DNA of 64,000 nt from a bacterium (GCA_963676395.1 OY781066.1:800001-864000), one strand, 5' to 3'. Counted from the first letter of the stretch, positions 1-10,262 are shown. Made by a program: numbers and translations. The notes: generated from the letters alone by a model not told the origin.

Positions 1-1010
1 ATATAAATCAAAAAAACAAAGGATTAATCAAAATTATAAGAGTTGATTTTCCTGAAGGACCCATTGTAATAAGAAGGTGGGATTCATCAAAAGGTCAAAT
101 ACCTGATACAGCAAAAGAAGAATCTATTTCATCACAAATGTTATGGAGGGTCGCAAATGCAATAGAAAACGATCTTCCAATCAATATTGATAGAATTCTA
201 GGTGCCAGCTACAATACGAGATCTGTTTTAGAGAGTTTATTGGCATATACTCCCACTTTTCATGTTACCTACCCGGGAAGGATTGAAACTGTAAAATCTT
301 ACTCAGATATTAAAAGAGGGCATAAACATATTGTTTGGTTACCCAACCAACCACACAACATTGGTGAAATACACGAAATAAAAACCGATAGAATAATTTC
401 TGAAATTCCCTCTCAGCAAGCTGTATATGAAGCTTTGATTGTACCAGATGATTTTGCATCGGTATCCGAACATTCAATTGATATTGAAATTCAAAGACGC
501 CATGCTCAAATTCAAGTTGCCTTAGTTCAAATTGGATTACAACTTGGATTCCGGACTTGGATTGCCCAGAATGATAAAGGTATCATGTATAATAATAAAA
601 GACTGGCCGAAACAGAAGGAGTCATACCATCTCTTAATGATGAAAAATTAATAATGGCTCATCCCGATGCTGTTAAAGCAGCTTTACTTATTGATTGTAT
701 TTGGTTTAAAAATGGCAGATTAATGCCAGCTATTATGGAAATTGAATGTACTACAGGAATAACGAGTGGATTATCCCGAATGAAGAATTTTCAAGATAAA
801 TTTCCACCCTTCCCGACAAGATATGCAATAGTTGCTGCAGATGAAGACCGGCCAAAATTCCTTAAAGAGGCATCTAAAGATCAATTTAAATCATTAGAAG
901 CTAAATTCTTCCCCTTCTCTGCTGTTGAAGAATTATATTCATTATGTCAAAGACGTAATATCCAAGGAGTAACTGAAAACTTTTTAGATTCTTTTATGGA
1001 AATTAATTAA
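1..1010 (+). CDS. Putative restriction endonuclease, 5'-truncated by the window edge
   Basis: The frame of ORF 138-1010 stays open back to position 3 (INQKNKGLIKIIRVDFPEGP...). The C-terminal IDCIWF...MEIECTTG resembles a PD-(D/E)xK-type nuclease core. Directly upstream of a C5 methyltransferase; AT-rich. Confidence 0.6.
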   Translation, partial: INQKNKGLIKIIRVDFPEGPIVIRRWDSSKGQIPDTAKEESISSQMLWRVANAIENDLPINIDRILGASYNTRSVLESLLAYTPTFHVTYPGRIETVKSYSDIKRGHKHIVWLPNQPHNIGEIHEIKTDRIISEIPSQQAVYEALIVPDDFASVSEHSIDIEIQRRHAQIQVALVQIGLQLGFRTWIAQNDKGIMYNNKRLAETEGVIPSLNDEKLIMAHPDAVKAALLIDCIWFKNGRLMPAIMEIECTTGITSGLSRMKNFQDKFPPFPTRYAIVAADEDRPKFLKEASKDQFKSLEAKFFPFSAVEELYSLCQRRNIQGVTENFLDSFMEIN

Positions 1011-1011
1011 T

Positions 1012-2076
1012 TTGAATGAGTCAAAACTAAAAGCAGTTGATTTCTTTTGTTCCGGTGGTGGGATGAGTTATGGTATGCATCTTGCGGGCATTGAGGTGTT
1101 AGCAGGGATTGATTTTGATCCATCATGTAAGGATACTTATGAAGCGAACTTGCCAAATTCAAAATACATTTTAGCCGATATTACTCAACTTACGGTAGAA
1201 GACCTACAAAGACATATCAACATTAAGCGAAATGATAACGAATTGATATTGATTGGCTGCAGTCCATGCCAATATTGGACAATAATCAATACAAATAAAT
1301 CCAGGTCTCAAAAATCTAAAAACCTTTTACATGATTTCAAACGTTTTGTTGATTATTATAATCCTGGATATGTTGTTGTAGAAAATGTTCCAGGTATATT
1401 GTCTAAAGACCACGAAAGTGGAATAAACGAGTTTATTGATGATCTTAAAGCAAAAGGTTATTTAGTTAAATCTAAAGTGGTTAATATGAATGAATATGGC
1501 GTTCCTCAAACCAGAAGAAGATTTTCATTAATTGCTACAAGAGTGGGTGAAGAAGAGATTTTTCCTAAAAAAACAGAAAAACCATATCCAATTGTATCTG
1601 AATTTCTTGGGGAAATAAATGGTTTCAAACCCATACCTGCTGGCAATATTGATAAAACTATTTTTGCACATACAACTGCAAATCTATCCGAAAAAAACTT
1701 AGCCAGAATTAAAGCCACAAAAAAAGATGGTGGCCTGAGAGAAGATTGGGCAAAAACAGACCTTCAGTTGGAGACTTACAAAAAAAGGAACAGAAATTCT
1801 TTCAAAGACACCTATGGGCGTATGAGTTGGGGAAAACCTTCACCAACAATCACAACCAAATTTCATAGTATCTCAAATGGTAGATTTGGACATCCGGAAG
1901 AAGACAGAGCGTTATCACTTCGTGAAGGTGCAACTCTTCAAACTTTCCCCAAAGATTTTATTTTTAAAACTAAAGGAATTGGTGCTACCGCAAAAATAAT
2001 CGGTAATGCTGTTCCACCAGAATATGCAAGAAGAATAGGTAAAGCAATACAAGAAGGGAAAAAATATGGAAAATAA
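1012..2076 (+). CDS. DNA (cytosine-5)-methyltransferase
   Basis: C5-MTase motifs in order: I (DFFCSGGG), IV (GCSPCQ), VI (ENVPG), VIII (QTRRRF), IX (LSLREGATLQTFP), X (GNAVPP). TTG start. Confidence 0.95.
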   Translation: MNESKLKAVDFFCSGGGMSYGMHLAGIEVLAGIDFDPSCKDTYEANLPNSKYILADITQLTVEDLQRHINIKRNDNELILIGCSPCQYWTIINTNKSRSQKSKNLLHDFKRFVDYYNPGYVVVENVPGILSKDHESGINEFIDDLKAKGYLVKSKVVNMNEYGVPQTRRRFSLIATRVGEEEIFPKKTEKPYPIVSEFLGEINGFKPIPAGNIDKTIFAHTTANLSEKNLARIKATKKDGGLREDWAKTDLQLETYKKRNRNSFKDTYGRMSWGKPSPTITTKFHSISNGRFGHPEEDRALSLREGATLQTFPKDFIFKTKGIGATAKIIGNAVPPEYARRIGKAIQEGKKYGK

Positions 2077-3937
2077 TTCTGCGTTAGAAATGAAATTTGA
2101 TCCTAATGTGATTAATCACCTTGGAATACAAATGTATTCAACACTTTCTCCCGTTATCGCTGAATTAATTGCAAATTCCTATGATGCTGAATCAGAAAAA
2201 GTATCAATTTATTTAAATGACAAAGATGAGAAAGAAATTATTATAGAAGATAATGGTCACGGTATGAATTTTAACGACATAAATGATAAGTTTTTAAAAA
2301 TTGGCCGTGATAGAAGAATAGATGAGGGCTCTTCAAAAAGCCTAAATGGAAAAAGAAATGTTATTGGTAAAAAAGGCATAGGTAAATTATCCTTTTTTGG
2401 AATTGCAAAAAATATTGCCATTGAAACATATAAAAATAGTCTAATGACATCATTCGAATTGAATTGGGATGAATTAAAAAGACAGGGAAATATAAGTGGC
2501 AAATATATGCCAAGGGTAATTGAACATAATAAACCTTCAGATAAAAAGCACGGTACAATAATTAAACTGACTCAGATAAACAGAAAATCAAAATTTGATG
2601 CACAAGGTCTAGCCTACTCACTTTCCAAGTCATTTATTATTTTTGATGAAGATGATTTTAATACTTATATTATTTATAATGGTGCAAATATTGAAGATTC
2701 GCCCATATCAAATGAATTAAGGTATAGAGCTATTGACAAATACTTGGAATGGGATTTCCCACTTACTGAGAACAAGGTTGAAAGTGATTACGAATATAAA
2801 GATAAAATTACAGGAAAAATTGTAGCCACAAAGGAGAAAACTATTCCTGAAAAAATGAAAGGAATAGCTCTTTTCTCAAGAGGAAAACTAGTAAATGACT
2901 ATTCATTTTATGATGTCAAAGCAACCAGCCATGGATATTCATATATTTCTGGATGGTTAAATATTGACTTTATCGAAGAATTTTCTGATGATGTTATATC
3001 TACAAACAGACAATCTTTAAATTGGGAATTAGAAAATACAGCAAAATTAAAGGTATATCTTCAAAAAGTAATTCGAGCAATATATAATGAACAAAGCAAA
3101 CAAAAGAAATCGGATAAAATAACCGCCCTGAAAACTGAATCTGGTATAGATTTAGATAAATGGCTTTCAAGTTTACCTGGTCATGAAAAAACATTAGCTA
3201 AAAAAATATCTGATATCATATTAAACGCACAAGGAATCGAGTTCACAAAATCAGTTGAATTAATCAAATATGCAAGGGATTCTTTTCAATTTGAAGCATT
3301 TAAGGAACTAGCAAATGAAATTGATCAGACTGAATTTGAACAACCTGAAAAAATCATTAATTTGTTCAAAGAGTGGGAAATTATTGAATCACGAGAAATG
3401 TACAAAATAGCACAAGTCAGGCTCGAAACAATAAATAAATTCGATCAACATATTAAAAATAATTCTAAAGAAGTTCCAGAATTACATCAATTTTTAAAAC
3501 AATTTCCATGGATACTGGACCCCCGAATAATGAATTTTAAAGATGAAGTTACGTATTCAAAATTACTTAAAGATAACTTTGTAGATACTACTTTGGATGA
3601 CAAAGATAGACGCATTGACTTTCTCTGTCAGAAATTCGCAGATAACTTCTTTATTATTGAATTAAAAAGACCACAAAAAACTGTTGGCATGAAAGAATTA
3701 GATCAGGCTTTAGATTATGTTTCTTTTATAAAAGGGAAATTAAGTAACGAATACCCAAACAATATAAGTTGTTATATTATCGGAAATAATCTTTCGCCAT
3801 TAGATAAGGTAAATACCCTAGCTGATTCATTAAGTAAAAATCATATAGTATATTTCAAATCCTATGAAGAATTATTATGTAACGCAAGAAATTATCATCA
3901 AGAATTTATTGACAAATATGAAAGTTTTGAGAAATAG
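2066..3937 (+). CDS. GHKL/MORC-type ATPase fused to a C-terminal restriction-endonuclease-like domain (HgiDII-like architecture)
   Basis: GHKL boxes ELIANSYDA, DNGHGM and GKKGIGK; C-terminal RIDFL...IIELKRP PD-(D/E)xK motif; overlaps the MTase stop. Confidence 0.85.
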   Translation: MENNSALEMKFDPNVINHLGIQMYSTLSPVIAELIANSYDAESEKVSIYLNDKDEKEIIIEDNGHGMNFNDINDKFLKIGRDRRIDEGSSKSLNGKRNVIGKKGIGKLSFFGIAKNIAIETYKNSLMTSFELNWDELKRQGNISGKYMPRVIEHNKPSDKKHGTIIKLTQINRKSKFDAQGLAYSLSKSFIIFDEDDFNTYIIYNGANIEDSPISNELRYRAIDKYLEWDFPLTENKVESDYEYKDKITGKIVATKEKTIPEKMKGIALFSRGKLVNDYSFYDVKATSHGYSYISGWLNIDFIEEFSDDVISTNRQSLNWELENTAKLKVYLQKVIRAIYNEQSKQKKSDKITALKTESGIDLDKWLSSLPGHEKTLAKKISDIILNAQGIEFTKSVELIKYARDSFQFEAFKELANEIDQTEFEQPEKIINLFKEWEIIESREMYKIAQVRLETINKFDQHIKNNSKEVPELHQFLKQFPWILDPRIMNFKDEVTYSKLLKDNFVDTTLDDKDRRIDFLCQKFADNFFIIELKRPQKTVGMKELDQALDYVSFIKGKLSNEYPNNISCYIIGNNLSPLDKVNTLADSLSKNHIVYFKSYEELLCNARNYHQEFIDKYESFEK

Positions 3938-4048
3938 GGTAACAGCTTAATATACTTCATTCTATCCGGCTTTGCCCCTGCAACGGACTTGTCAACGACT
4001 AACCTGTCACTCTTTAGCTAAAGTAAGCGATCATAGTTTAATATATTT

Positions 4049-4079
4049 CCCGCCTTCGCATAAAGCTACGGCGAGCAAG
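4049..4079. repeat. REP-like short palindrome (CCGCCTTCGC..AAAGCTACGGCG type)
   Basis: cccgccttcgcataaagctacggcgagcaag forms an imperfect hairpin and resembles a dispersed intergenic repeat type recalled from Bacteroidota/CPR genomes. Confidence 0.45.
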
Positions 4080-4088
4080 CATCTTTAT

Positions 4089-4283
4089 TTACAATTTTAC
4101 ATACTTCATTCTCACAGGCTTCTGGCTACCTGCCTCTTTCAACGAAATAATATACATACCTGCCGGTAAGCTCTGAATATTGATATTCTTCTGTGTACCA
4201 TTGGCGCTTCCGTTATAGACCATCTTCCCCGCCAAATTATACATATTGATCTCCATCAAAATAATTAACAATTTACAATCCAC
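4089..4283 (-). pseudogene. Orphan T9SS type-A C-terminal sorting-domain fragment
   Basis: MYNLAGKMV...INIQSLPAGMYIISL...KYVKL* matches the CTD pattern (YNxxG, LxxGxY, KxxK). There is no cargo domain or signal peptide upstream. Confidence 0.65.
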
Positions 4284-4353
4284 TGATCACAAAGATTCGC
4301 ACAGATTACATTCATCAATACATACTCTGCGAAAATCTGTGGGATCTGTGGAT
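4278..4353. repeat. Long imperfect inverted repeat built from ~9-nt CACAGAT / ATCTGTG units
   Basis: atccactgatcacaaagattcgcacagat ... tctgcgaaaatctgtgggatctgtggat; lies between the SDR stop and the CTD fragment. Confidence 0.6.
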
Positions 4354-4357
4354 GTTT

Positions 4358-5224
4358 TTATTGAAATATCAGTGAGGTTTCCGTGATATATTTATTAAGG
4401 TAATCTTTCGCCAAGTCCAATAAGTCTTCCGCGGCATCCATATCGTAGGCGCCCCGGGCACTTTGAGTCACATGGGATTTTGTGTAATATTCACCCGAGA
4501 CCAGTTCATCGTTGGAGGTATTGGCAAGGTACAGCAATGTTTGGGCACCTTTTTCCGGGGACATGCCAAAACCGGAGAACAGCAGTTTCATCATACCCGG
4601 CCCTGAGCGATCGATATCCGTGTTCACCAATCCGGGATGCTGAGCGTAGATACCAATGCCGTCCTCGGCGAATCGCGGCGCCAGCAGGCGGGTCAGTAGG
4701 ATAAGTCCGAGCTTGGATTGTCGGTAAGCCTGCCAGGAAACATATCGTTTATGCTTGAATTCCGGATCCTTCAAATCCATCTTGCCTATATGAAAATTCG
4801 ACGATGTAAAAATTACTTTGGGTTCCAATGCCTTTTTAAACGCCGGAAGCAGTAAGTGGGTAATAAGCATGGGGGCCAGCAGATTGACCTGCCAGGTCAT
4901 TTCGATCTTATTCCGACTTTGACCGAAGTGATAAGCCATGACGCCCGCATTATTGATCAGCACATCAATATGATGATAGCTTTCCAAGATCTCTTCGCAA
5001 GCCATGGTGATGGATTCGAAAGAGGCCAGGTCGCACTCCACCAGTTCGATGCGGCCTTTGCCATCCGGGAAGCCGTTACGGTAATCATCCAGTAAATCCG
5101 CGCCTTTGCCTTTGTTTCGACTGGTCGCGATCACTACCGCGCCATCGGCGGCCAATTGCAAAGCGGCAGCCTTACCTATCCCGGAGGTTGCTCCGGTAAT
5201 AACAATGTAGGTTGAATTTGGCAT
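4358..5224 (-). CDS. Short-chain dehydrogenase/reductase (retinol-dehydrogenase-like)
   Basis: TGATSGIG, NNAG and YRQSK motifs. Start reassigned to ATG 5224, which has an AGGAG RBS. Visibly more GC-rich than its neighbours. Confidence 0.9.
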   Translation of the reverse strand: MPNSTYIVITGATSGIGKAAALQLAADGAVVIATSRNKGKGADLLDDYRNGFPDGKGRIELVECDLASFESITMACEEILESYHHIDVLINNAGVMAYHFGQSRNKIEMTWQVNLLAPMLITHLLLPAFKKALEPKVIFTSSNFHIGKMDLKDPEFKHKRYVSWQAYRQSKLGLILLTRLLAPRFAEDGIGIYAQHPGLVNTDIDRSGPGMMKLLFSGFGMSPEKGAQTLLYLANTSNDELVSGEYYTKSHVTQSARGAYDMDAAEDLLDLAKDYLNKYITETSLIFQ

Positions 5225-5477
5225 GGGATCTCCTTCGGAATTAATCGAATGATTGAATAAGCAAATTAATCTAAAGTCCGGGGAATTGCAATGGAAGAAT
5301 TTTCGGGTGATTTTTGTAACCTGCTCCACAATATCGGATGATGGGGTTTTGTTTGGAAAAATTATTATATATCTTGTGGATATGAAAAAATGATCCCAAA
5401 AGAAAAAGTGGCCAATCGCCGCCAAATTTCATAGAAATATTTTCTGATAGCATACAGGCATTATAAAATTGGTAATT

Positions 5478-5507
5478 GGAGATCTCTCCACTTCGGTCGA
5501 GATGGCA
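5478..5507. repeat. REP-like palindrome (GAGATxTCTCCACTTCGGTCGAxATGxCA type)
   Basis: ggagatctctccacttcggtcgagatggca, intergenic; resembles a Bacteroidota-type dispersed repeat. Confidence 0.45.
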
Positions 5508-5528
5508 TATTACAGGTGCCTTACGCCT

Positions 5529-6563
5529 TTACTCGTTACTCGTCCCCTTTTTCACCGCCACTACCACATTCCTATTTATGCTTTGATCAACCCGATGCGT
5601 AAAATCGCGATAAGGCGCTTCTTGAAAAACGCTAAGACCATGCTCATCCAACAGCTTTGCCACCTCATGATATCTCATGGTGAATTCATTAAACGCCAGC
5701 ACAATACTACCTTTTGTTTTTAGCAAGTTCAACCATGCCGGCAGTGCTTCTTGCAATAATTCCAAGGGTGAACGAGAGCGTTTATCTGTACGAGAACCAT
5801 GTTGCACGCCATAAGGCAGATCAGCTACGATCATATCCACACTTGCCTTACGCATCAGCTCATCGGCAATGCGCGTGTCAGCCGAGTACATGTTTAGTGT
5901 TTGCTTTTTGCCTGCCTTGTAATCCTTGGCATCGGCAGCACATTCCAACTTAAAGCTCGAAGCTTTCTTGCGCCCTTTTTCGTCATTCATATTGGCGCTG
6001 GTCAGCGAATGTTTATATCGTCCCTCTTTCATATATCGTTGCAGAAACACTTGCACCTCATGCGTCCATTTATCATTTACTTCCACTCCGCTCACATGCA
6101 TACCTCGCATTAGCGCTTCGTACAGGGTCGTCCCCTTCCCGGCAACCGGATCCAGCAAATGCATATTTTCCGTATGTGTACGGCAGGCCGAAATGGCGAG
6201 ATTCACCAACAATCGCGTAAATTGTTCATTGGTTTTCCCGTTATATTTCAGTATCTGCACCATACTTTCAGGGAAAACATGAAAATCAGGAACACTCAAA
6301 GGTCTCAACAACTCTCCCTCATTCTTAAAAAGCGCATAAAAGATCGAGCTTGAACCAATTGTCAGGAGTTCCTTGGATGTCCATTCTTTGTCTGCAGAAA
6401 TTTGCAAAGCGGCCGGCAAATGCCCCTTGCTTTCTTCGATATTTCCAATACCCAGATCAAATTTTTCAGATAAGGCCCGGAGCTCTAGAATGGATATTTT
6501 CAAGGCAGCATCAAGATAGATGCGATTATGGCCGGGATTTGCAAGGAGTGTGTATGTATTCAT
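5529..6563 (-). CDS. SAM-dependent RNA methyltransferase (Trm11/Trm14-like family)
   Basis: LLDPVAGKGTTLYEA SAM-binding motif and the amino-MTase motif IV variant DLPYG. Confidence 0.75.
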   Translation of the reverse strand: MNTYTLLANPGHNRIYLDAALKISILELRALSEKFDLGIGNIEESKGHLPAALQISADKEWTSKELLTIGSSSIFYALFKNEGELLRPLSVPDFHVFPESMVQILKYNGKTNEQFTRLLVNLAISACRTHTENMHLLDPVAGKGTTLYEALMRGMHVSGVEVNDKWTHEVQVFLQRYMKEGRYKHSLTSANMNDEKGRKKASSFKLECAADAKDYKAGKKQTLNMYSADTRIADELMRKASVDMIVADLPYGVQHGSRTDKRSRSPLELLQEALPAWLNLLKTKGSIVLAFNEFTMRYHEVAKLLDEHGLSVFQEAPYRDFTHRVDQSINRNVVVAVKKGTSNE

Positions 6564-6593
6564 ATTATCCTTATTATTTTGAACATTCGATCG

Positions 6594-7130
6594 TTAAATA
6601 GTTTTTATGAATTCATTCAAAGCCAAGAGCAAGGTCTTTTTATCTTCAGCTTTTAAAACCAGCTCGCCATTGATCACATGCTCATCAAAACTTGGAAGAG
6701 AAAAACTTGATGTCAGCTTTCCGCCCCAACGGGCCAGCAATACCTCACTTACATGCTCAAGGTTAGTCCTTGCACCGCGCGCTCCGGGAGATGTTGCCAA
6801 TAAGCACACGGGTTTATTTTTTAAAGTCGGTTTTTCAATACGCGATATCCAATCCATAGTATTCTTGAACACCGGTGTGATACCGCTATTATATTCAGGC
6901 AAGGAGATCAGCATGCCATCAACTTCCTTGAACAGTTCATTTAATTTCAACATCGTATCGGGAAATTCACCGGCTTGTTCCAGATCCCAAGAATACATAG
7001 GCGCAGGAAAATCCTTTAAATGTATGATATTTAAATTTACATCCTCAAGACAATGAGCGGCGTATACTGCCAAACGCTGGTTTATCGATGTAGAAGAATT
7101 TGATCCGGAAAAAACAAGAACGGTCTTCAT
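6594..7130 (-). CDS. NAD(P)H-dependent FMN reductase
   Basis: FSGSNSSTSIN, PEYNSG and ATSPGARG flavodoxin-fold motifs. Confidence 0.9.
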   Translation of the reverse strand: MKTVLVFSGSNSSTSINQRLAVYAAHCLEDVNLNIIHLKDFPAPMYSWDLEQAGEFPDTMLKLNELFKEVDGMLISLPEYNSGITPVFKNTMDWISRIEKPTLKNKPVCLLATSPGARGARTNLEHVSEVLLARWGGKLTSSFSLPSFDEHVINGELVLKAEDKKTLLLALNEFIKTI

Positions 7131-7293
7131 GGGTAATCCCTTTATTATATTTATCTAAATATGAGAAATTTTATTGAATAAATCAATAAACTTGGTAGTC
7201 GAGAATTGAGAATATAATTTGAGCAAAGAATGGTCTATATCGTTCCCCATCATATAATTCTTACAAAAGGCAACTATATAAATCACCCCAAAT

Positions 7294-7348
7294 AAAAAAG
7301 GGAGGCTCACTCCAATGCCAAGACTTCGGAGCGCAGGCCGCCTCCCCA
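7294..7348 (-). terminator. Long GC-rich hairpin with U-tract after the DUF2959 gene
   Basis: Minus strand reads ggggaggc...gcctccc followed by ttttt. Confidence 0.5.
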
Positions 7349-7375
7349 ACTTTTTAACTTAGTTTTAAATACGAT

Positions 7376-8020
7376 TTACTGTTCTTGTAAGGCCATAATG
7401 AATTCATCGGCCTGTTTAATGGCGGATTCCAATTCAGCAACAAGACGGTCGACATTGGTTTCAACACTGACCAATTCGCTGGATAATCCGGCAATAGCCG
7501 AAGCATTTAAATTATGCTTCATAAATAATACCTGATCGCGCAAAGGAGCTAATGCGGGTTCCAATCTTGCTTCGGCTCGAAGCATGGCTGAGATCAACTC
7601 GGTATATTTCAATTGAGTTTCGTCTAATTTTTTCTTTGATGCGCGTCGTAAGACATCAGAATTGTAAAGTGAGATCTCTTCTTCCCATTCTTTAAAGAGA
7701 GCTTGAGATACATCTTCGATAGCCAGAATGCGTTTCTTAACCTTTCCAGCTTCCGATTCTGTACGTTCGAGCGTCGTATTCAGCTTATTATATTCTTTTT
7801 CAAGATTACCGCCGTCAAAATTCACGACTTCTTTAAACTGCTCAAGAGTTGTTAAAAACTGTTCTTTTGCATCATTTTGAGTATCACGAGCCGCTTCCAC
7901 ACGATCAACCATAATTTCGCGTTTTGGCTTACCCATTTTTTCCATGGCATCGTAATAAAAATTAGCACACGATGTAAAAACGAATACAACCAATAACAGA
8001 ACTAATAAATTCCTTTTCAT
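7376..8020 (-). CDS. DUF2959-family lipoprotein
   Basis: Lipobox FTSC; YYDAMEKMG.PKREIMVDRV and KHNLNA motifs. Start reassigned to ATG 8020. Confidence 0.8.
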   Translation of the reverse strand: MKRNLLVLLLVVFVFTSCANFYYDAMEKMGKPKREIMVDRVEAARDTQNDAKEQFLTTLEQFKEVVNFDGGNLEKEYNKLNTTLERTESEAGKVKKRILAIEDVSQALFKEWEEEISLYNSDVLRRASKKKLDETQLKYTELISAMLRAEARLEPALAPLRDQVLFMKHNLNASAIAGLSSELVSVETNVDRLVAELESAIKQADEFIMALQEQ

Positions 8021-8170
8021 AATATGCCTTCCTTTATTTGTTTTAAATAATTTAAAGATGAAATGAGGAATTATCAAATAATTCTCCAAGTAAAAATGGA
8101 GAGCCGCAACAATGCTATGGCTCATATAAACCGGGTAAACACATAGAGCTACCCTTGCAATTAAAAATAT

Positions 8171-9079
8171 TTAACCAAAAATTGACGTCTTCCTATTCAA
8201 ATATGCCTGCACCGCTTTTTCGGCAGCTGCTTCGCCATAGGCGATAATCTCCTTGGCTTTATAGAAATCAAAAGAACTGTAGCTATCAATGGGTAAATGG
8301 ATCTCAATATCCGCCGGAGCAACCTGCAAAGTGAGCATAGACATTTGATTTATCATTAGGGCAACGGTTTTATCCGTAATATTCATGGATGTAAGTCTCT
8401 CATTTTTGTGATTATTTTTTTCAAACAATTTTTCGACTTTTTCGAGAACTTTCTTTAAAGCTTCCGGTGTTTCTCTATCACGTTTTTTATCTTTGGCCGG
8501 TATAGGAAGGGTATAATTATCAGGATCTGTATCATTAATGCTGACGGCAATTAACATATCGCCACGTTTACGATGAATGCGATTAGTGGGAAGGGGGTTG
8601 ACTACACCTCCATCGACATAATAATGCCCGTCGACCACATGTGGTGTAAATACGGCGGGGATGGAAATTGAAGCGCGAATAGCATCGTATAATTTTCCGC
8701 TCTTAAACACCTTTTCATCACCGGTTTTAATATCTGTTGCAATGGCGCAATACGGAATATTTAAATCTTCGATATCCCTATCCGGGATTAATTCTTTTAA
8801 TTTCGCAATGACCTTATCGCCTTTGATCATACCACCCGGACCGAGATTAATATCGATATATTTCAGCATTTCACGCAGGTCTACAGTATCCATAAAATCA
8901 ATAAAATTCTCAAGTTCCCCCGTACAATACATTCCTCCGATTAAAGATCCCATCGAAGCTCCGGCAACCGAATGGATATTAAAACCATATTTTTCCAAAA
9001 CTCTAATGACACCCACATGAGCAAAACCTCTAGCACCTCCACTTGCAAGAACCAGAGCAACATCTTTTCTTTTAGCCAT
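8171..9079 (-). CDS. Patatin-like phospholipase (RssA/NTE family)
   Basis: SGGARG, GASMG (nucleophile Ser) and DGG motifs. Confidence 0.92.
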   Translation of the reverse strand: MAKRKDVALVLASGGARGFAHVGVIRVLEKYGFNIHSVAGASMGSLIGGMYCTGELENFIDFMDTVDLREMLKYIDINLGPGGMIKGDKVIAKLKELIPDRDIEDLNIPYCAIATDIKTGDEKVFKSGKLYDAIRASISIPAVFTPHVVDGHYYVDGGVVNPLPTNRIHRKRGDMLIAVSINDTDPDNYTLPIPAKDKKRDRETPEALKKVLEKVEKLFEKNNHKNERLTSMNITDKTVALMINQMSMLTLQVAPADIEIHLPIDSYSSFDFYKAKEIIAYGEAAAEKAVQAYLNRKTSIFG

Positions 9080-9336
9080 TAATTATTCCTTTTTTATTGA
9101 AATATAATTTATATAGATGTTGGGATAAAAACAATATCTATGACCTTGGTTTTTAAGTGGGAACTCATTATGTTGAGCTCGAATCGATCATTTTAAGTTG
9201 GACACGCCCAACTCTTGGTTTAATAACAAAAATATTGATTAGATTTTTCCCCTTGAATTTCCATGTAAAGATATTAAATTTACAACCGCTGAGGCTTTGG
9301 GATTGCGGGGTAAGAAAGCAACCCGAAAAGGAGCTG

Positions 9337-9927
9337 ATGATGAAAACAATAAAAGCTATCCACTCCTACAAAGAGTTAGAAGTGGAACTAAAGAGTGCCG
9401 AAACGGTCTACCTCCTCCTCTATAAAAAAGGATCGGATGCCAGCGATTGTGCCTATGGGAATATTCGTTTGGCAGCAGAAAAGGCAAACGAACTCACACT
9501 ACTTTGTGCGGATGTGAACACGGTTCGTGATATTCATGAGCACTTTAATATCACTTCCGTGCCAAACCTATTGGTATTTGACAATGCTCAACTCAAAAAT
9601 GTGATCAAAGGTTGCAATGAAAACGATTACTATAACTCAGTTTTCGAGCAACTTAGCATTTCGCAACCAAAGGCTGCAGAGGAGAAAAAAAGCAAACGCG
9701 TTACAGTCTACACAACGCCGACCTGTTCCTGGTGTACCACTCTTAAAAACTACCTTAAGGAAAAGGGTGTGCAGTTTAGAGATGTGGACATATCCAGAGA
9801 CACGAAAGCGGCTGAAGATTTGGTGAGACGATCGGGACAACGCGGCGTTCCGCAAACCGATATCAATGGACGCATCGTCGTCGGTTTTGATAAACCTAAA
9901 TTAAACGAGCTGTTAGAGCTCAGATAA
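9337..9927 (+). CDS. Thioredoxin-fold + glutaredoxin (NrdH/YruB-like) two-domain protein
   Basis: C-terminal YTTPTCSWC...GQRGVPQ...VGFD; the N-terminal Trx-like domain (FNITSVP) lacks CxxC. AAGGAG RBS before 9337/9340. Confidence 0.85.
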   Translation: MMKTIKAIHSYKELEVELKSAETVYLLLYKKGSDASDCAYGNIRLAAEKANELTLLCADVNTVRDIHEHFNITSVPNLLVFDNAQLKNVIKGCNENDYYNSVFEQLSISQPKAAEEKKSKRVTVYTTPTCSWCTTLKNYLKEKGVQFRDVDISRDTKAAEDLVRRSGQRGVPQTDINGRIVVGFDKPKLNELLELR

Positions 9928-9949
9928 AAAATACAGAAAGGAATGATAA

Positions 9950-10237
9950 ATGAAAGAATTACAACCGGTAAATCCATATGTTCTTCTAGAAATCAACGAA
10001 GAAAAAGGTGAACAAAAAACAGCATCTGGCTTGATCATCCCCGATACAGCCAAAGAAAAAAAGACAAGCGCCAAAGTGATGGCCGTTAGCAATATTGAAA
10101 ACTGCGAAATTGCAGTCGGCGATATTGTTCTTTATAAAAACTATTCCGGTGACGAAATTGAATATGCAGGCCAAAAATATCTGCTTATCCAATATGCCGA
10201 TATCTTAGCAAAGGTTGTTGAAACCGAAAAAATATAA
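9950..10237 (+). CDS. groES: Co-chaperonin GroES-family protein (no adjacent groEL)
   Basis: EQKTASGLIIPDTAKEK mobile loop, VGDIVLY, YLLIQYADILA. Confidence 0.9.
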   Translation: MKELQPVNPYVLLEINEEKGEQKTASGLIIPDTAKEKKTSAKVMAVSNIENCEIAVGDIVLYKNYSGDEIEYAGQKYLLIQYADILAKVVETEKI

Positions 10238-10262
10238 ACTAACGAATAGTAAATTATGAATC

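Noticed and set aside
1012..3937. Assigning GTCGAC (HgiDII) specificity to the R-M system
   Set aside because: The similarity is architectural only; the target-recognition domain cannot be assigned by eye, and GTCGAC sites occur in the window, which is uninformative.
9280..9336. Possible riboswitch in the GC-rich leader of the Trx-Grx gene
   Set aside because: Short hairpins are possible, but I could not match conserved motifs of any known riboswitch class on either strand.
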